Notes: a model not told the origin generated them from the sequence alone. Shown: positions 8,049 to 17,964, numbered from the stretch's first letter. The stretch is DNA of 35,238 nt from Minisyncoccia bacterium (GCA_044356725.1 JBIKVS010000011.1:1-35238); one strand, 5' to 3'. Translations and numbers: made by a program.

Positions 8049-8052
8049 ATTT

Positions 8053-9048
8053 TTAGGGGAGATATTTTCTTTTAGCTTGTAAATGCTCTTCGAATGTCTT
8101 GGAGAATATAGTTTTAGGTGGATTATCTCTAGACGTTAAGAAGAAGTAATATTCACTTGGAGTGTAATTTACTACTGATTCAATAGCATTAACACTCGGA
8201 TTAGTAATTGGTCCTGGGGGAAGCCCTACAACTTGATAAGTATTGTAGGGGGAATCAATTTTTAAATCTTCTAATGTAGACTGTGCCCTACCTGACTGAG
8301 TAATAAAATTAACTGTAGCATCGCTTTGTAGTTTCATTTTGTCATTCAAACGATTTATGAATATGCCAGATACTATTTTTCTATCTTCTAATTTAAAGAC
8401 TTCTTTTTCTACTATTGATGCTAGAATTAAGACCTCGTACGCAGATAGTTTATCTGTACTTTTTAGACTAGGTAAAGCTTTCTTTTGAAAATTATTAAGC
8501 ATTTTTATAATTACAGCTTCTGCAGTAGAATCATCAAAAAATCTATATGTATCTGGATATAAATATCCTTGTAGAGATTTATTTTCTATAAATTCATACT
8601 GCTTTGTATCAAATTCCTCAGTTGCTTTAATAAAATCCTCTCTGCTGAACTTTAGTCCTGATTCTAGAATATCACCTATTGTATATATATCTGAGCCCTC
8701 TGGAATAGTTACAGTCACTTCTGGTTTGGTCAAGAGACCTCTAGCTATCATCTTAATGACCTGATCCGTGTTCATATTGGTGGTAATATTATAGGTAGCA
8801 GGTTTGGGAGTTAATTTTCTAAAATTAATATAAAAATATATACCCTCTGTTTTAGATATAATGTTTTGCTCTTTTAAGTTATTCACAATATCATTCCAAT
8901 TTTCTTCTTCTTTGACTTGAAATAATGTATCTTTTTCAATTAAAACCTGAGAACCTATTGTATTTACTACATTTACAATATATATAGCTCCCGCTAAGCC
9001 TACTAAAACTATTATCAATAATATCCAGTATATAATTTTTTTCATCAT
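8053..9048 (-). CDS. mltG: Endolytic transglycosylase MltG
   Basis: N-terminal TM helix, VTIPEG, GYLYPDTY, LASIVEKE, LQSDAT and SPYNTY..GLPPGPI. Confidence 0.95.
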   Translation of the reverse strand: MMKKIIYWILLIIVLVGLAGAIYIVNVVNTIGSQVLIEKDTLFQVKEEENWNDIVNNLKEQNIISKTEGIYFYINFRKLTPKPATYNITTNMNTDQVIKMIARGLLTKPEVTVTIPEGSDIYTIGDILESGLKFSREDFIKATEEFDTKQYEFIENKSLQGYLYPDTYRFFDDSTAEAVIIKMLNNFQKKALPSLKSTDKLSAYEVLILASIVEKEVFKLEDRKIVSGIFINRLNDKMKLQSDATVNFITQSGRAQSTLEDLKIDSPYNTYQVVGLPPGPITNPSVNAIESVVNYTPSEYYFFLTSRDNPPKTIFSKTFEEHLQAKRKYLP

Positions 9049-9053
9049 TTTAT

Positions 9054-10124
9054 TTATATCTTATCTTCTAAATTAGCCGATTTCAATAGAGTGTTAATTT
9101 TCTTCACTTCCTGAACTTTATCCATATGAGAAACTAATAGTGCATCCTCTGTCTCTACTATTACTATATCACGAATTCCAATTGTAGCAATAACTTTATT
9201 TTTATTATGTGAATGGACCAAAATATGCTCTGAATCAATGTCAAAATGCTGTGAACTTCCCTTATGGGTGACAGTAATTTCATCTGTTTGCAACATATCT
9301 TTCAGAGCCGACCAAGACCCTATATCACTCCATCCTATATCTGCTGGAATTACAGCTATATATTGAGCTTTTTCCATAATCCCATAATCAAAGCTAATGG
9401 CATCGGTCTGTCTGTATAATTCTGGTAAATCTTGTAAATTATTTTGTTCTAACTCTAGTAAAATTTTAGCTGTATTGGGTAAATATTCTTGATACATCTC
9501 CAATAATCTTTGTTTTTGAACTACAAACATCCCAGAGTTCCAAACATAGTTACCATCAGATAAATATTGAGTAGCCGTTTGAAAATCTGGTTTCTCAACA
9601 AAAGCTTCAACTTGATAAACCGATTGTTCCTGATTTTCTACCAAAGAATCTTGACTGTATTTTATATAACCATATCCTGTCTCAGGAGCAGTAGGAGTAA
9701 TCCCAAGGGTTACAATATATTCGGGAGATTGTTCCAAAAAACTATCTGCTAATTGTAAAATTCTACATAATTCCTGAGGCTTATGAATATAGTGGTCAGC
9801 TGCCAAAAAGGCTATAGCTTCATCTGACTTGGCATTGACGGCTATAGTAGCAAGACCATTGGCTGGAGCTGTATCTCTCTTTTCTGGTTCTAAGATAATG
9901 TGCTTAGTTGGTAATTGTGGTAATTCAGCTAATACTTCATCTTTATAATGCTCATTAGTAGATACATAAATATCATCTAAAGTAAAGTGGGTTAACAATC
10001 TCTTGACTGTCATCTGTAGCATTGTATCATCTCCAAATAGTGGTTGAAATTGTTTTGGTTTAGAGGTTCTACTCAGTGGCCATAATCTGGTACCTGTTCC
10101 TCCTGCCATTATTATAATCTTCAT
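9054..10124 (-). CDS. manC: Mannose-1-phosphate guanylyltransferase (no PMI domain)
   Basis: MAGGTGTRLWPLSR..PKQF, ETGYGYI, FVEKP, WNSGMF and GWSDIGSW. Start reassigned to 10124 to avoid overlap with uppS. Confidence 0.93.
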   Translation of the reverse strand: MKIIIMAGGTGTRLWPLSRTSKPKQFQPLFGDDTMLQMTVKRLLTHFTLDDIYVSTNEHYKDEVLAELPQLPTKHIILEPEKRDTAPANGLATIAVNAKSDEAIAFLAADHYIHKPQELCRILQLADSFLEQSPEYIVTLGITPTAPETGYGYIKYSQDSLVENQEQSVYQVEAFVEKPDFQTATQYLSDGNYVWNSGMFVVQKQRLLEMYQEYLPNTAKILLELEQNNLQDLPELYRQTDAISFDYGIMEKAQYIAVIPADIGWSDIGSWSALKDMLQTDEITVTHKGSSQHFDIDSEHILVHSHNKNKVIATIGIRDIVIVETEDALLVSHMDKVQEVKKINTLLKSANLEDKI

Positions 10125-10131
10125 AAATTTA

Positions 10132-10830
10132 TTATTTACCTCTTCTTTTGCCTCTAGTATTATACTCTGCAATAGCCTTGTCAAACTCCTGTATTGTAAA
10201 ATCTGGATAATTAATATCCGTAAAGTAATACTGAGCATTAGCTGTATCCCACATCATAAATCCAACACTATTATGGGGTTCCCCACCTGTACGAATTAGT
10301 AAATCTACTGGTGGTAAATCCTTAGTATATAAAGATTGCTTCACTAAATCAGAAGTAATTTCTAGATTAGGATTTGCTAATTTTTGATCTGAGATAGATT
10401 TTATAGCTTGTAGCATTTCCTCATCTCCATTATAGCCTAATAAAAAGTTTACTGTATGGTTAGAATAATCCTTAGTACTATCTATAGCTTTTTGAATCAC
10501 TTTTTTCAAAACTTCTGGGAATGATTCGCGCCATTTTCCCAATACATTTATTCTAATTTTTTGAGTATGGATTTCCTTGTATGTCAACAAAGCTTTTATA
10601 TAAGTTTGAAAATTTTTATACAAATGTTGTACCTCATCTTGAGGTCTCTTTGCTAAATTATCTAAAGATGCTCCCCAGAATGTTATGTTCTTAACTCTTC
10701 CATCAAATGCCTTTTCAATAATCTCTCTAGTTCTCTCAAAACCTTGTAGATGCCCCTGTTCTGGAGTTTTACCATTAGCCTTCGCCCATCTACGGTTCCC
10801 ATCTGGTATAATTGCAATATGCTCTATCAT
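10132..10830 (-). CDS. uppS: Polyprenyl (undecaprenyl) diphosphate synthase
   Basis: HIAIIPDGNRRWA, DLLIRTGGE and C-terminal RRG. ATG at 10830. Confidence 0.95.
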   Translation of the reverse strand: MIEHIAIIPDGNRRWAKANGKTPEQGHLQGFERTREIIEKAFDGRVKNITFWGASLDNLAKRPQDEVQHLYKNFQTYIKALLTYKEIHTQKIRINVLGKWRESFPEVLKKVIQKAIDSTKDYSNHTVNFLLGYNGDEEMLQAIKSISDQKLANPNLEITSDLVKQSLYTKDLPPVDLLIRTGGEPHNSVGFMMWDTANAQYYFTDINYPDFTIQEFDKAIAEYNTRGKRRGK

Positions 10831-10864
10831 AATATATAGTTTTTTATTCGCCAATATTGATTTA

Positions 10865-12223
10865 TTATATCATATCTTTAGTAATTTTCCAGACATCTCC
10901 AGCCCCCATCGTAACAATTATATTATCATCCCCCTCTATGAGATTTAAATCTTTTATTAAATCAGCTGAGTCAGCATATAATTTAGCATTGGGACTTACA
11001 ATATATTCCATAATATCCTCACTTTTTACCTCTCCTATACTTTCTCTAGCTGAGGCATAAATTGGCAATAGATATATATGGTCTGCTTCAGATAAAGCCT
11101 GTCCAAACTCTTTTAATAACATTTGTGCGCGACTAAAGGTATGAGGTTGGAATACACAATGTATGTTTTTAGCTGGATATTTTTCTCTCAAAGCTTGAAT
11201 ACCAGCCATAATTTCCGTAGGATGATGAGCATAATCATCAATAATAGCAACCCCTGTGGAAGTGGACCCTTTATATTCTAATCGTCTTTGTGTACCTCTA
11301 AAGCCAAACATTGCATCTATAATAGAATTTATATCATAACCTAGACTATACAATAGTCCTACACAAGACAAAGCATTAAGCCTATTATGCTTCCCTGCTA
11401 TAGCTAAATTTAATATATTATATGTAATACCCTCAACTATAATATTATTAGCCTCATCCAGAGTAATATTATTATCTTTATTAAACCCAAATTTTATAAT
11501 ATTTCTAGATGAATTTTGTATATTTGGTAAAATATAATTATTTATATTCTCATCATCTCCATTGACAATTAAAGGCTTGTCTAAAGGTAAATTATCAATT
11601 ACATTAATAAAGGCCTGATAATAACTTTCTTTTGTCTCAAAGAAGTCAGGATGGTCATAATCTACATTGAGTATTATCAGTCCCCCCATAGTCAAATCTA
11701 GAAAATGATTCTGATATTCATCAGCCTCAACTACTAAATATTTTGAATTTTTGTCCCCAATTCTGGCATTCCCCCCAAATTGAGTTACAAATGCACCAAT
11801 AACACCAAATGGGTTCTGGCCTAATTCTTGTAAAGTATAGGTTAGAAGTGCTGAAGTAGTACTTTTACCATGTGAACCAGCTACCGCTAAAGTGCTTTCA
11901 AATTCTCGTGAAACATTCCCAAGTGCCTGACTATAGGTTAGAAGTGGTATATTCCTACTCAAAATCTCCAAAACTTCTGGATTAGTAGGAGTTTTACCTT
12001 CTAGATAATATGCTCCTGAGACAACTACATACTCAATTTTATCATTTAATGGAATATTATTAGAATCAAACGGAGATAAAACTTTAATATTCGCCTTTTC
12101 CAATATATATCCTGTCATAAATTTCTCTTGTGTATCACTACCCATTACATACACACCCCTAGCCTTCATAACCTGAGCTAAAGCTGTAGTTCCCCATCCT
12201 CGAATTCCAATAAAATACACCAT
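10865..12223 (-). CDS. murC: UDP-N-acetylmuramate--L-alanine ligase
   Basis: AGSHGKSTT, VEADEY, DYDHPD, DDYAHHPTEI, FQPHT and MGAGD motifs. Confidence 0.95.
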   Translation of the reverse strand: MVYFIGIRGWGTTALAQVMKARGVYVMGSDTQEKFMTGYILEKANIKVLSPFDSNNIPLNDKIEYVVVSGAYYLEGKTPTNPEVLEILSRNIPLLTYSQALGNVSREFESTLAVAGSHGKSTTSALLTYTLQELGQNPFGVIGAFVTQFGGNARIGDKNSKYLVVEADEYQNHFLDLTMGGLIILNVDYDHPDFFETKESYYQAFINVIDNLPLDKPLIVNGDDENINNYILPNIQNSSRNIIKFGFNKDNNITLDEANNIIVEGITYNILNLAIAGKHNRLNALSCVGLLYSLGYDINSIIDAMFGFRGTQRRLEYKGSTSTGVAIIDDYAHHPTEIMAGIQALREKYPAKNIHCVFQPHTFSRAQMLLKEFGQALSEADHIYLLPIYASARESIGEVKSEDIMEYIVSPNAKLYADSADLIKDLNLIEGDDNIIVTMGAGDVWKITKDMI

Positions 12224-12226
12224 AAA

Positions 12227-13333
12227 TTAATGACTCAAATTAAATAATTCCTCTGCAATTCTAGCGGCAGCATCGGGTGTAGCGAATTGCACTGTCTGCT
12301 TGGACATAGATTGCATAATATCTGGCTGTTGTAATAATTCATTGATTTTTTCTAAAACTATATGTGGAGTGAAATTTGGTTCTTCTAAGACAATACTAGC
12401 TCCAATTTTTGCCATTTCATAAGCATTAGATCTTTGTTGCCCAGCATCCACCGTGATGGGAACTAAAATACTAGGTTTATTGGTCAAACAAATATCCATA
12501 ATACTAGAAGCTCCCGCCCTTGAGACAACTAAATCAGCTGCCGCATAAGCATGTTTCATCTCAGCATCCAAAAATCCAGCATAATGATATAATCTATCCT
12601 GATAAACTTCTAGGGATCTAGCAACACTTCTAGCTTCAGTAATATTATTTTTTCCAACTATATGAATAATTTCCACTAAATCTAATAATTCTGGTAATAT
12701 TTTCCAAATCACCTCATTAATAATCTTAGCACCTTGACTACCTCCGACTATTAATAAAATTGGCTTCTCAAAAGTAAGTTCAAAAACTTTTTTAGCTTCA
12801 TCCTTAGTCCCCTTTGCAATATCTGGATGAGTCATATTACCCACTACACTAGTTTTTTTCTTCCCAAATAGTGAAGCTACATTAGGAAATCCCACTGCTA
12901 CCACACTAGCAAATTTACCTAAGAATTTATTAGCAAGCCCAGGTACAGAATCTGATTCATGGATTAAAGTCGGTATTTGATAAACCCATGAGACCAAAAC
13001 CCCCGGCACACTGGCATAACCTCCCTTACCAAAAGTGACATCGGGCATAAATCTCCAAACATACCACTGAGCTTGAATTAAGCCCCAGATAGAACGGAAT
13101 ATATCAAAAAAGTTATCAATAGCGAAATATCTTCTTATTTTACCAGCATAGACCTCTTTATAAGGTATACTATGAGTAGTTAATAATTCCTTAGCCACCT
13201 CATCTAGTTGACCTATTAACAAAAACTCTACTGGCACCTTTTGTACCTGAGCTAATTTTTCTAATTCTTCTTTCACAGCAATAACTGGTAAAATATGACC
13301 TCCAGTTCCACCACTTGCAAATAATATCTTCAT
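12227..13333 (-). CDS. murG: Lipid II GlcNAc transferase
   Basis: GGTGGHILP, GGYAS, HESD..PGLAN, GGSQGA and VSRAGA motifs. Confidence 0.97.
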   Translation of the reverse strand: MKILFASGGTGGHILPVIAVKEELEKLAQVQKVPVEFLLIGQLDEVAKELLTTHSIPYKEVYAGKIRRYFAIDNFFDIFRSIWGLIQAQWYVWRFMPDVTFGKGGYASVPGVLVSWVYQIPTLIHESDSVPGLANKFLGKFASVVAVGFPNVASLFGKKKTSVVGNMTHPDIAKGTKDEAKKVFELTFEKPILLIVGGSQGAKIINEVIWKILPELLDLVEIIHIVGKNNITEARSVARSLEVYQDRLYHYAGFLDAEMKHAYAAADLVVSRAGASSIMDICLTNKPSILVPITVDAGQQRSNAYEMAKIGASIVLEEPNFTPHIVLEKINELLQQPDIMQSMSKQTVQFATPDAAARIAEELFNLSH

Positions 13334-13433
13334 ATATATTTTAACTATATATCATATTGTAAACAAAATTATGTATTTGGTCAAATATTTGTATAAGATG
13401 AGATGATTGTAGACAAATTATTAAGTAAATAGG

Positions 13434-13764
13434 ATCAATAAATTAAAGATATCCACAGAGTAGTAGGTTAGTAATTGTCCTCCTTTGGAGGAGGTGGCAC
13501 GAAGTGCCGGTGGTGGATTAAGTTTAATATTATTATAAACAGCAGTTTATTTTAATCTTTTGAGTATTGTCCACCCTCCCCCGTCGCAAATGGGATTTGC
13601 TCCTGTGAAACCTCACGGTTTCCCAACCTTCCTCCACGGGAAAACTACCGTTTTCCCGACCCCTTTCCCAAAGGGTATAACCTTTTTACGGGTACTCCCT
13701 CCAAAGGGAGATACAATAAATTTCAATCTTAAAATATTGTCTACGATGTTTCTAATCTTTTTCA
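13434..13764. repeat. Dispersed REP-doublet/MITE-like element, copy 2 (inverted relative to copy 1), containing a 104-bp insertion
   Basis: TGTCCTCCTTTGGAGGAGGTG at 13476 and ACGGGTACTCCCTCCAAAGG at 13688; spacer and flanks also align to 5212-5436. Confidence 0.85.
13583..13686. mobile_element. 104-bp four-hairpin insertion inside the REP-like unit
   Basis: Absent from copy 1, with no target duplication. Hairpins GCAAAT/ATTTGC, GAAACC/GGTTTC, CGGGAAAAC/GTTTTCCCG and CCCTTT/AAAGGG. Confidence 0.55.
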
Positions 13765-13767
13765 ATA

Positions 13768-15810
13768 TTACAATTCCAAATCTTTTTCTCTAATAATCTT
13801 GATACCCAAACTTTGAGCTTTTTGGAGTTTACTACCAGCCTTTGCTCCCACCAATAAAATATCTGTATTAGAGCTAATTTGCGAGACTACAATTCCACCT
13901 TCTGATTCTATTTTTTGTTTTAATTCATCTCTAGTAAAATTCTCAAATGTACCTGTAATACAGACATTCTGATTCGTCCATATACCTTGCTTAATTTGAG
14001 TATATTCTATCATCATTCCAGCTTGTAATAATTCTCTTATAATGTGTAAATTATTTTCATTATGAATATAATCTAAAATTGATGTTGATACCTTCTCTCC
14101 AATATCTGGAATATTATGTAATTGTTCTAAATTTGCTTGTAGAAACTCATCTAAATTCTTAAAATATCGGGATAATTGAAGAGCTGTCTGATTGCCAACC
14201 ATAGGAATCCCTAAAGCTTGAATAAATCGTCTAAAAGTAATGCGTTTTGCATTCTGAATACTTGTGAATAAGTTAATAGCCGATTTATCCCCAAACCCAG
14301 CAGTGATTGTAATATCATCTAAACTTAATTTGAATATATCATCAATATGTTGAATTAAACCAGCTTCTTGTAATTTTAATAATATTTTTTTACTCAAACC
14401 ATCTATATTAAAACCTTCTTTAGAAACTGCATAAGATAAATACTCAATATGACGAGCGGGACATTTGAGATTAGGGCAATATTTATTCACTTGTTCAGGA
14501 GCCTGTATCAAATCCGTACCACATTCTGGACAAATACTTGGATAAATATAAGGCTTCTCAGAGCCAATTCTAAGCTCTGGCAAAACCTTGACTATCTCTG
14601 GAATCACGTCACCAGCTCTTCTAATAATAACAGTATCTCCAACCATAAGACCTAATCTTTCAATCTCATCCTGATTATGTAGAGTGGCTCTGGTCACAGT
14701 AACCCCATATACATTAACTGGTTGCATTATAGCTACTGGAGTAACTTTACCGGTTCTACCAACCTGTGAGATTATATCTATAACTTGAGTAGTCACCTCT
14801 TCGGCTGGGAATTTATAAGCAATCATAAACCTTGGCCCCTTGCCTGTGAAGCCTAAATCATTTTGTATACTTTTATCATTAACTTTGACTACGACTCCAT
14901 CATAAGCAAAGTCTATCTTTTCTCTTAGAGATAATAATTCATTATAATATTGTTGAACTTGTTTTATATTATTAACTAATTTATTCTCTTGCACAACTGG
15001 GAAGCCAAGAGCTTCCATAATCCAATATTCTTCTTGTTGCGTAGTTTGTCCTAAATCGGTTATCAAACCCCAAGCAAAAAAACTTAATCCCCTGCTAGCA
15101 GTAATACTACTATCTAATTGCCTCAAGGATCCAGCTGCTAAATTTCTTACATTAGCATATTCAGACTGCCCCTCAGACTTGAGTTTAGTATTAATAGATT
15201 TTAATTGTGAATATTTAATATAAGCCTCTCCTCTAATCTCACAGTTACCCTGCCACATACTACTAAATCTTTTAGCAAGGTCTTTATTATAATTATTAAT
15301 TTTAGAAATAATATCATCTTTTGTATTTAATCTAAGAGGAATATCTTGAATAGTCTTGATATTATGAGTAATATTCTCCCCCTCTTGTCCATTGCCTCTG
15401 GTTAAGCCTTGTACTAGATTATAATTGTCATATTTGAGACTAACTGCTAGGCCATCTAACTTTAATTCTACAAAATATTGCCAATCACTAGACTTATCCA
15501 CAATTCCTTTATTACGAACCTCCCATTGCTGTAACTCAATCTCATCAAAGACATCATTAAGAGACATCATAGGAATAGTATGAGTAACTTTCTCAAATTC
15601 AGGTAAAACCTCTCCTCCAACTCTCTGCGTAGGAGAATCTGGAGTAATTAAATCTGGATATTCAGACTCTAATTTATATAATTGATGCATTAGGCTATCC
15701 AAAACTCCTCCAGAAATACTAGATATATCCTGAGTATGATAGTTAGAGCGATGTTTCTTAATCTCTTGCCTTAATTGATGAACTCTCTTCTCAATATCTG
15801 ATTTATACAT
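13768..15810 (-). CDS. ligA: NAD-dependent DNA ligase
   Basis: SPTQRVGG, ELKLDG, TRGNG, RNLAAGSLRQ, AYKFPAE, C4 zinc finger, HhH motifs and BRCT domain. Confidence 0.98.
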   Translation of the reverse strand: MYKSDIEKRVHQLRQEIKKHRSNYHTQDISSISGGVLDSLMHQLYKLESEYPDLITPDSPTQRVGGEVLPEFEKVTHTIPMMSLNDVFDEIELQQWEVRNKGIVDKSSDWQYFVELKLDGLAVSLKYDNYNLVQGLTRGNGQEGENITHNIKTIQDIPLRLNTKDDIISKINNYNKDLAKRFSSMWQGNCEIRGEAYIKYSQLKSINTKLKSEGQSEYANVRNLAAGSLRQLDSSITASRGLSFFAWGLITDLGQTTQQEEYWIMEALGFPVVQENKLVNNIKQVQQYYNELLSLREKIDFAYDGVVVKVNDKSIQNDLGFTGKGPRFMIAYKFPAEEVTTQVIDIISQVGRTGKVTPVAIMQPVNVYGVTVTRATLHNQDEIERLGLMVGDTVIIRRAGDVIPEIVKVLPELRIGSEKPYIYPSICPECGTDLIQAPEQVNKYCPNLKCPARHIEYLSYAVSKEGFNIDGLSKKILLKLQEAGLIQHIDDIFKLSLDDITITAGFGDKSAINLFTSIQNAKRITFRRFIQALGIPMVGNQTALQLSRYFKNLDEFLQANLEQLHNIPDIGEKVSTSILDYIHNENNLHIIRELLQAGMMIEYTQIKQGIWTNQNVCITGTFENFTRDELKQKIESEGGIVVSQISSNTDILLVGAKAGSKLQKAQSLGIKIIREKDLEL

Positions 15811-15824
15811 TACAATTCTAAATA

Positions 15825-16256
15825 TTATAAGTCCTCCCGCTCATCTTCTAAAATTCTTTCTATTGTAAAGCCATCCCTATTAACCCGACCTGTAGATATG
15901 ATTCTAGCTGGATCAGAATCACTGCTTGGTTGAAATTTAACCTGATATTGTATCCCAGAGGTAGTGTCTAAATCTTCCCAAAGAGTTCCACCATTTGGCA
16001 AATTTTGTTTTGAAGGAATTGTTATATCAATCTTACTCCCAGTTGGTTTTGTAAATTCATAAATCCAGGCATCTAATCCTGTTCTAGCTGCTTGGACTGC
16101 TTGCTGAGACATTAGATTTTCTTTTGAAATCTTAGATTCAACTGATACTTTTTGAGCAATTGGTGCTAATAATATTAATAATATACTACATACTAATAGA
16201 GTTACCAAAAGGCTTATATCTCCTTTTTTAGATTGATTTCTAGAATATTTATACAT
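15825..16256 (-). CDS. PilX-like minor pilin
   Basis: KKG|DISLLVTLL with no Glu5, QQAVQAARTGLDAW helix, C-terminal IISTG..IERILE. Confidence 0.75.
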   Translation of the reverse strand: MYKYSRNQSKKGDISLLVTLLVCSILLILLAPIAQKVSVESKISKENLMSQQAVQAARTGLDAWIYEFTKPTGSKIDITIPSKQNLPNGGTLWEDLDTTSGIQYQVKFQPSSDSDPARIISTGRVNRDGFTIERILEDEREDL

Positions 16257-16274
16257 ATATTTATATTTTAGCAA

Positions 16275-17453
16275 TTATTGAATACCAAATCTACCCTTTG
16301 TTACATTATAGTTATATTCTACCTCAGAGGAGGTAAGAGCACGATTATATAATCTAAAATTAGATATTTTACCTTTAAAATCAGTTTCAGGCCCCGCATC
16401 AGGGATTGAGGGGCTATCCCATTTTTTACCAATATGTAGTTGATTTAGTGGTAATTCAAATTTACCACTATCTGTTAGAGTTCTTGAGTAAGTTTCTAAT
16501 GAACCATTATTATCACGATTTTTTATATATACAGAGTAGCTATTATTTATATTATCATAAGTTGAAGCTATATACAACCAAAAACCTTGAGACAATTGTG
16601 GTCTAGGATTAAGCTGATCTCCAGCAAAGACACCAAACTGGACTCCGCTAGATCCATTTCTACCTATTAAATGATGACTGCCTTTTCCATAACCTCCCAA
16701 ATTCAATAACCACCACCTACTATTATCTGTATATGATAATTGATCAAACTTAACCCACATTTCAATTGAGTGAGAAACATTACCTGTACTTAATCCTGTT
16801 GACCCAATAGATGCATAATCACCATTTCCATCAAATTGAATATACCCACTATCATCATTAGATTTTGTAGGGTTACCAGATAGTGTTAAATTTTTGTTAT
16901 TTCCACTAATATCTTTCCATTGTGTAGGCGTAGTACCTGAATAACTATTTCTATTACCAGCGTCTAAATGGACAATTAATCCATCTTTTATAACGGGCTT
17001 GTCATTGACTGGCAATACGCTAGTCTGCATACTAACAGAATCTTTACCATCAACTGACTTAGCATCTATTGAAACTGTGACTAGTTTAGCTAAATTAGGT
17101 TTATCTGTAACTATAAAATTTAATCTTTCAACTGTAAATACATCTTTATCAGTAAATTCACTACCATTCCTTTGCATAACCTTATTAGCAAGACTATATG
17201 TTACAAAGCCTCCATTCTGATCTTTGAATCTTAATGCCCCAGAATCATCTACATATACATTAGCAGAAGTTTTGAGTTCTTTTTCCATTTTATTAATCAC
17301 AAATTGAAGGTTATCTCTTAGACTATCAGTAGTCTGAGATTCTCTTTGATATTTTATCACACTAGCTACTGGTTGAGATATTACTAGCATAATAATAGAT
17401 AATATACCTACCACAACCATTAATTCTACCAAAGTAAATCCTTTTTTTGTCAT
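16275..17453 (-). CDS. PilW-like minor pilin fused to a C-terminal LamG/concanavalin A-like domain
   Basis: KKG|FTLVE. After about residue 153: GLIVHLDAGN..WKDISGN..FDGNGDY..SIEMWVKF..FKGKISNFRLYNRALT. Confidence 0.9.
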   Translation of the reverse strand: MTKKGFTLVELMVVVGILSIIMLVISQPVASVIKYQRESQTTDSLRDNLQFVINKMEKELKTSANVYVDDSGALRFKDQNGGFVTYSLANKVMQRNGSEFTDKDVFTVERLNFIVTDKPNLAKLVTVSIDAKSVDGKDSVSMQTSVLPVNDKPVIKDGLIVHLDAGNRNSYSGTTPTQWKDISGNNKNLTLSGNPTKSNDDSGYIQFDGNGDYASIGSTGLSTGNVSHSIEMWVKFDQLSYTDNSRWWLLNLGGYGKGSHHLIGRNGSSGVQFGVFAGDQLNPRPQLSQGFWLYIASTYDNINNSYSVYIKNRDNNGSLETYSRTLTDSGKFELPLNQLHIGKKWDSPSIPDAGPETDFKGKISNFRLYNRALTSSEVEYNYNVTKGRFGIQ

Positions 17454-17458
17454 AAATT

Positions 17459-17962
17459 TTAATTTATTCTATATAATTCAATAGTAGCTTTGTATACTCT
17501 GAGAATACCTCCCTTGGGGTTCCTAACTATGACCGTACTGGTTACTTTAGGTATTGTTGTTATGGGATCGGGATTATTAATTGTCACAAATCTATGGAAA
17601 ATTTTACCATTATTAGTAGTATCAGTAGATATTCTATATCCTGATGCTCCTGTTGGTATATCTAAATCACATGTTTCGTTTACAGAAGACTCTGTACAAT
17701 TGGATTCATTGTTTATATTATTTATACCATAACTTATTTCATACTTATTATTACCCGTTGGTATATTGCCCCCATTAGCATAAATCGCTCTGACTATCTC
17801 AAGTCCCTCAGCTACTAGTAGATTAGCTGTATTATCATATTGTAAGAAAAATTTAGCTCGTATAATACTCACTTGTAAATTCAACACCGATACTAAAGTA
17901 GTAGCTAAAATAGTAACAGCGACGAGTGATCCAACTAATGTAGCTCCTTTTTTTGTTTTCAT
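17459..17962 (-). CDS. PilV-like minor pilin with Gly in place of Glu5
   Basis: KKG|ATLVGSLVA, ANLLVAEGLEIVRA, FHRFVTI and KVTSTV. Confidence 0.75.
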   Translation of the reverse strand: MKTKKGATLVGSLVAVTILATTLVSVLNLQVSIIRAKFFLQYDNTANLLVAEGLEIVRAIYANGGNIPTGNNKYEISYGINNINNESNCTESSVNETCDLDIPTGASGYRISTDTTNNGKIFHRFVTINNPDPITTIPKVTSTVIVRNPKGGILRVYKATIELYRIN

Positions 17963-17964
17963 AT

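Noticed and set aside
10125-10238. N-terminal extension of manC given by the track (similarly pilN 25651-25710 and uppS 10831-10854)
   Set aside because: The manC and pilN extensions overlap the upstream genes, and in all three the family motifs begin at downstream ATGs.
13476-13712. CRISPR array or tRNA in the hairpin-rich region
   Set aside because: No regularly spaced identical repeats, no cas genes, and no T-loop or CCA end.
13560-13793. 77-aa Pro-rich ORF
   Set aside because: Arises from the GC-rich repeat and its insertion, and overlaps ligA antisense.
16275-17000. Diversity-generating retroelement target in the lectin-pilin
   Set aside because: No reverse transcriptase and no template/variable repeat pair seen in the window.
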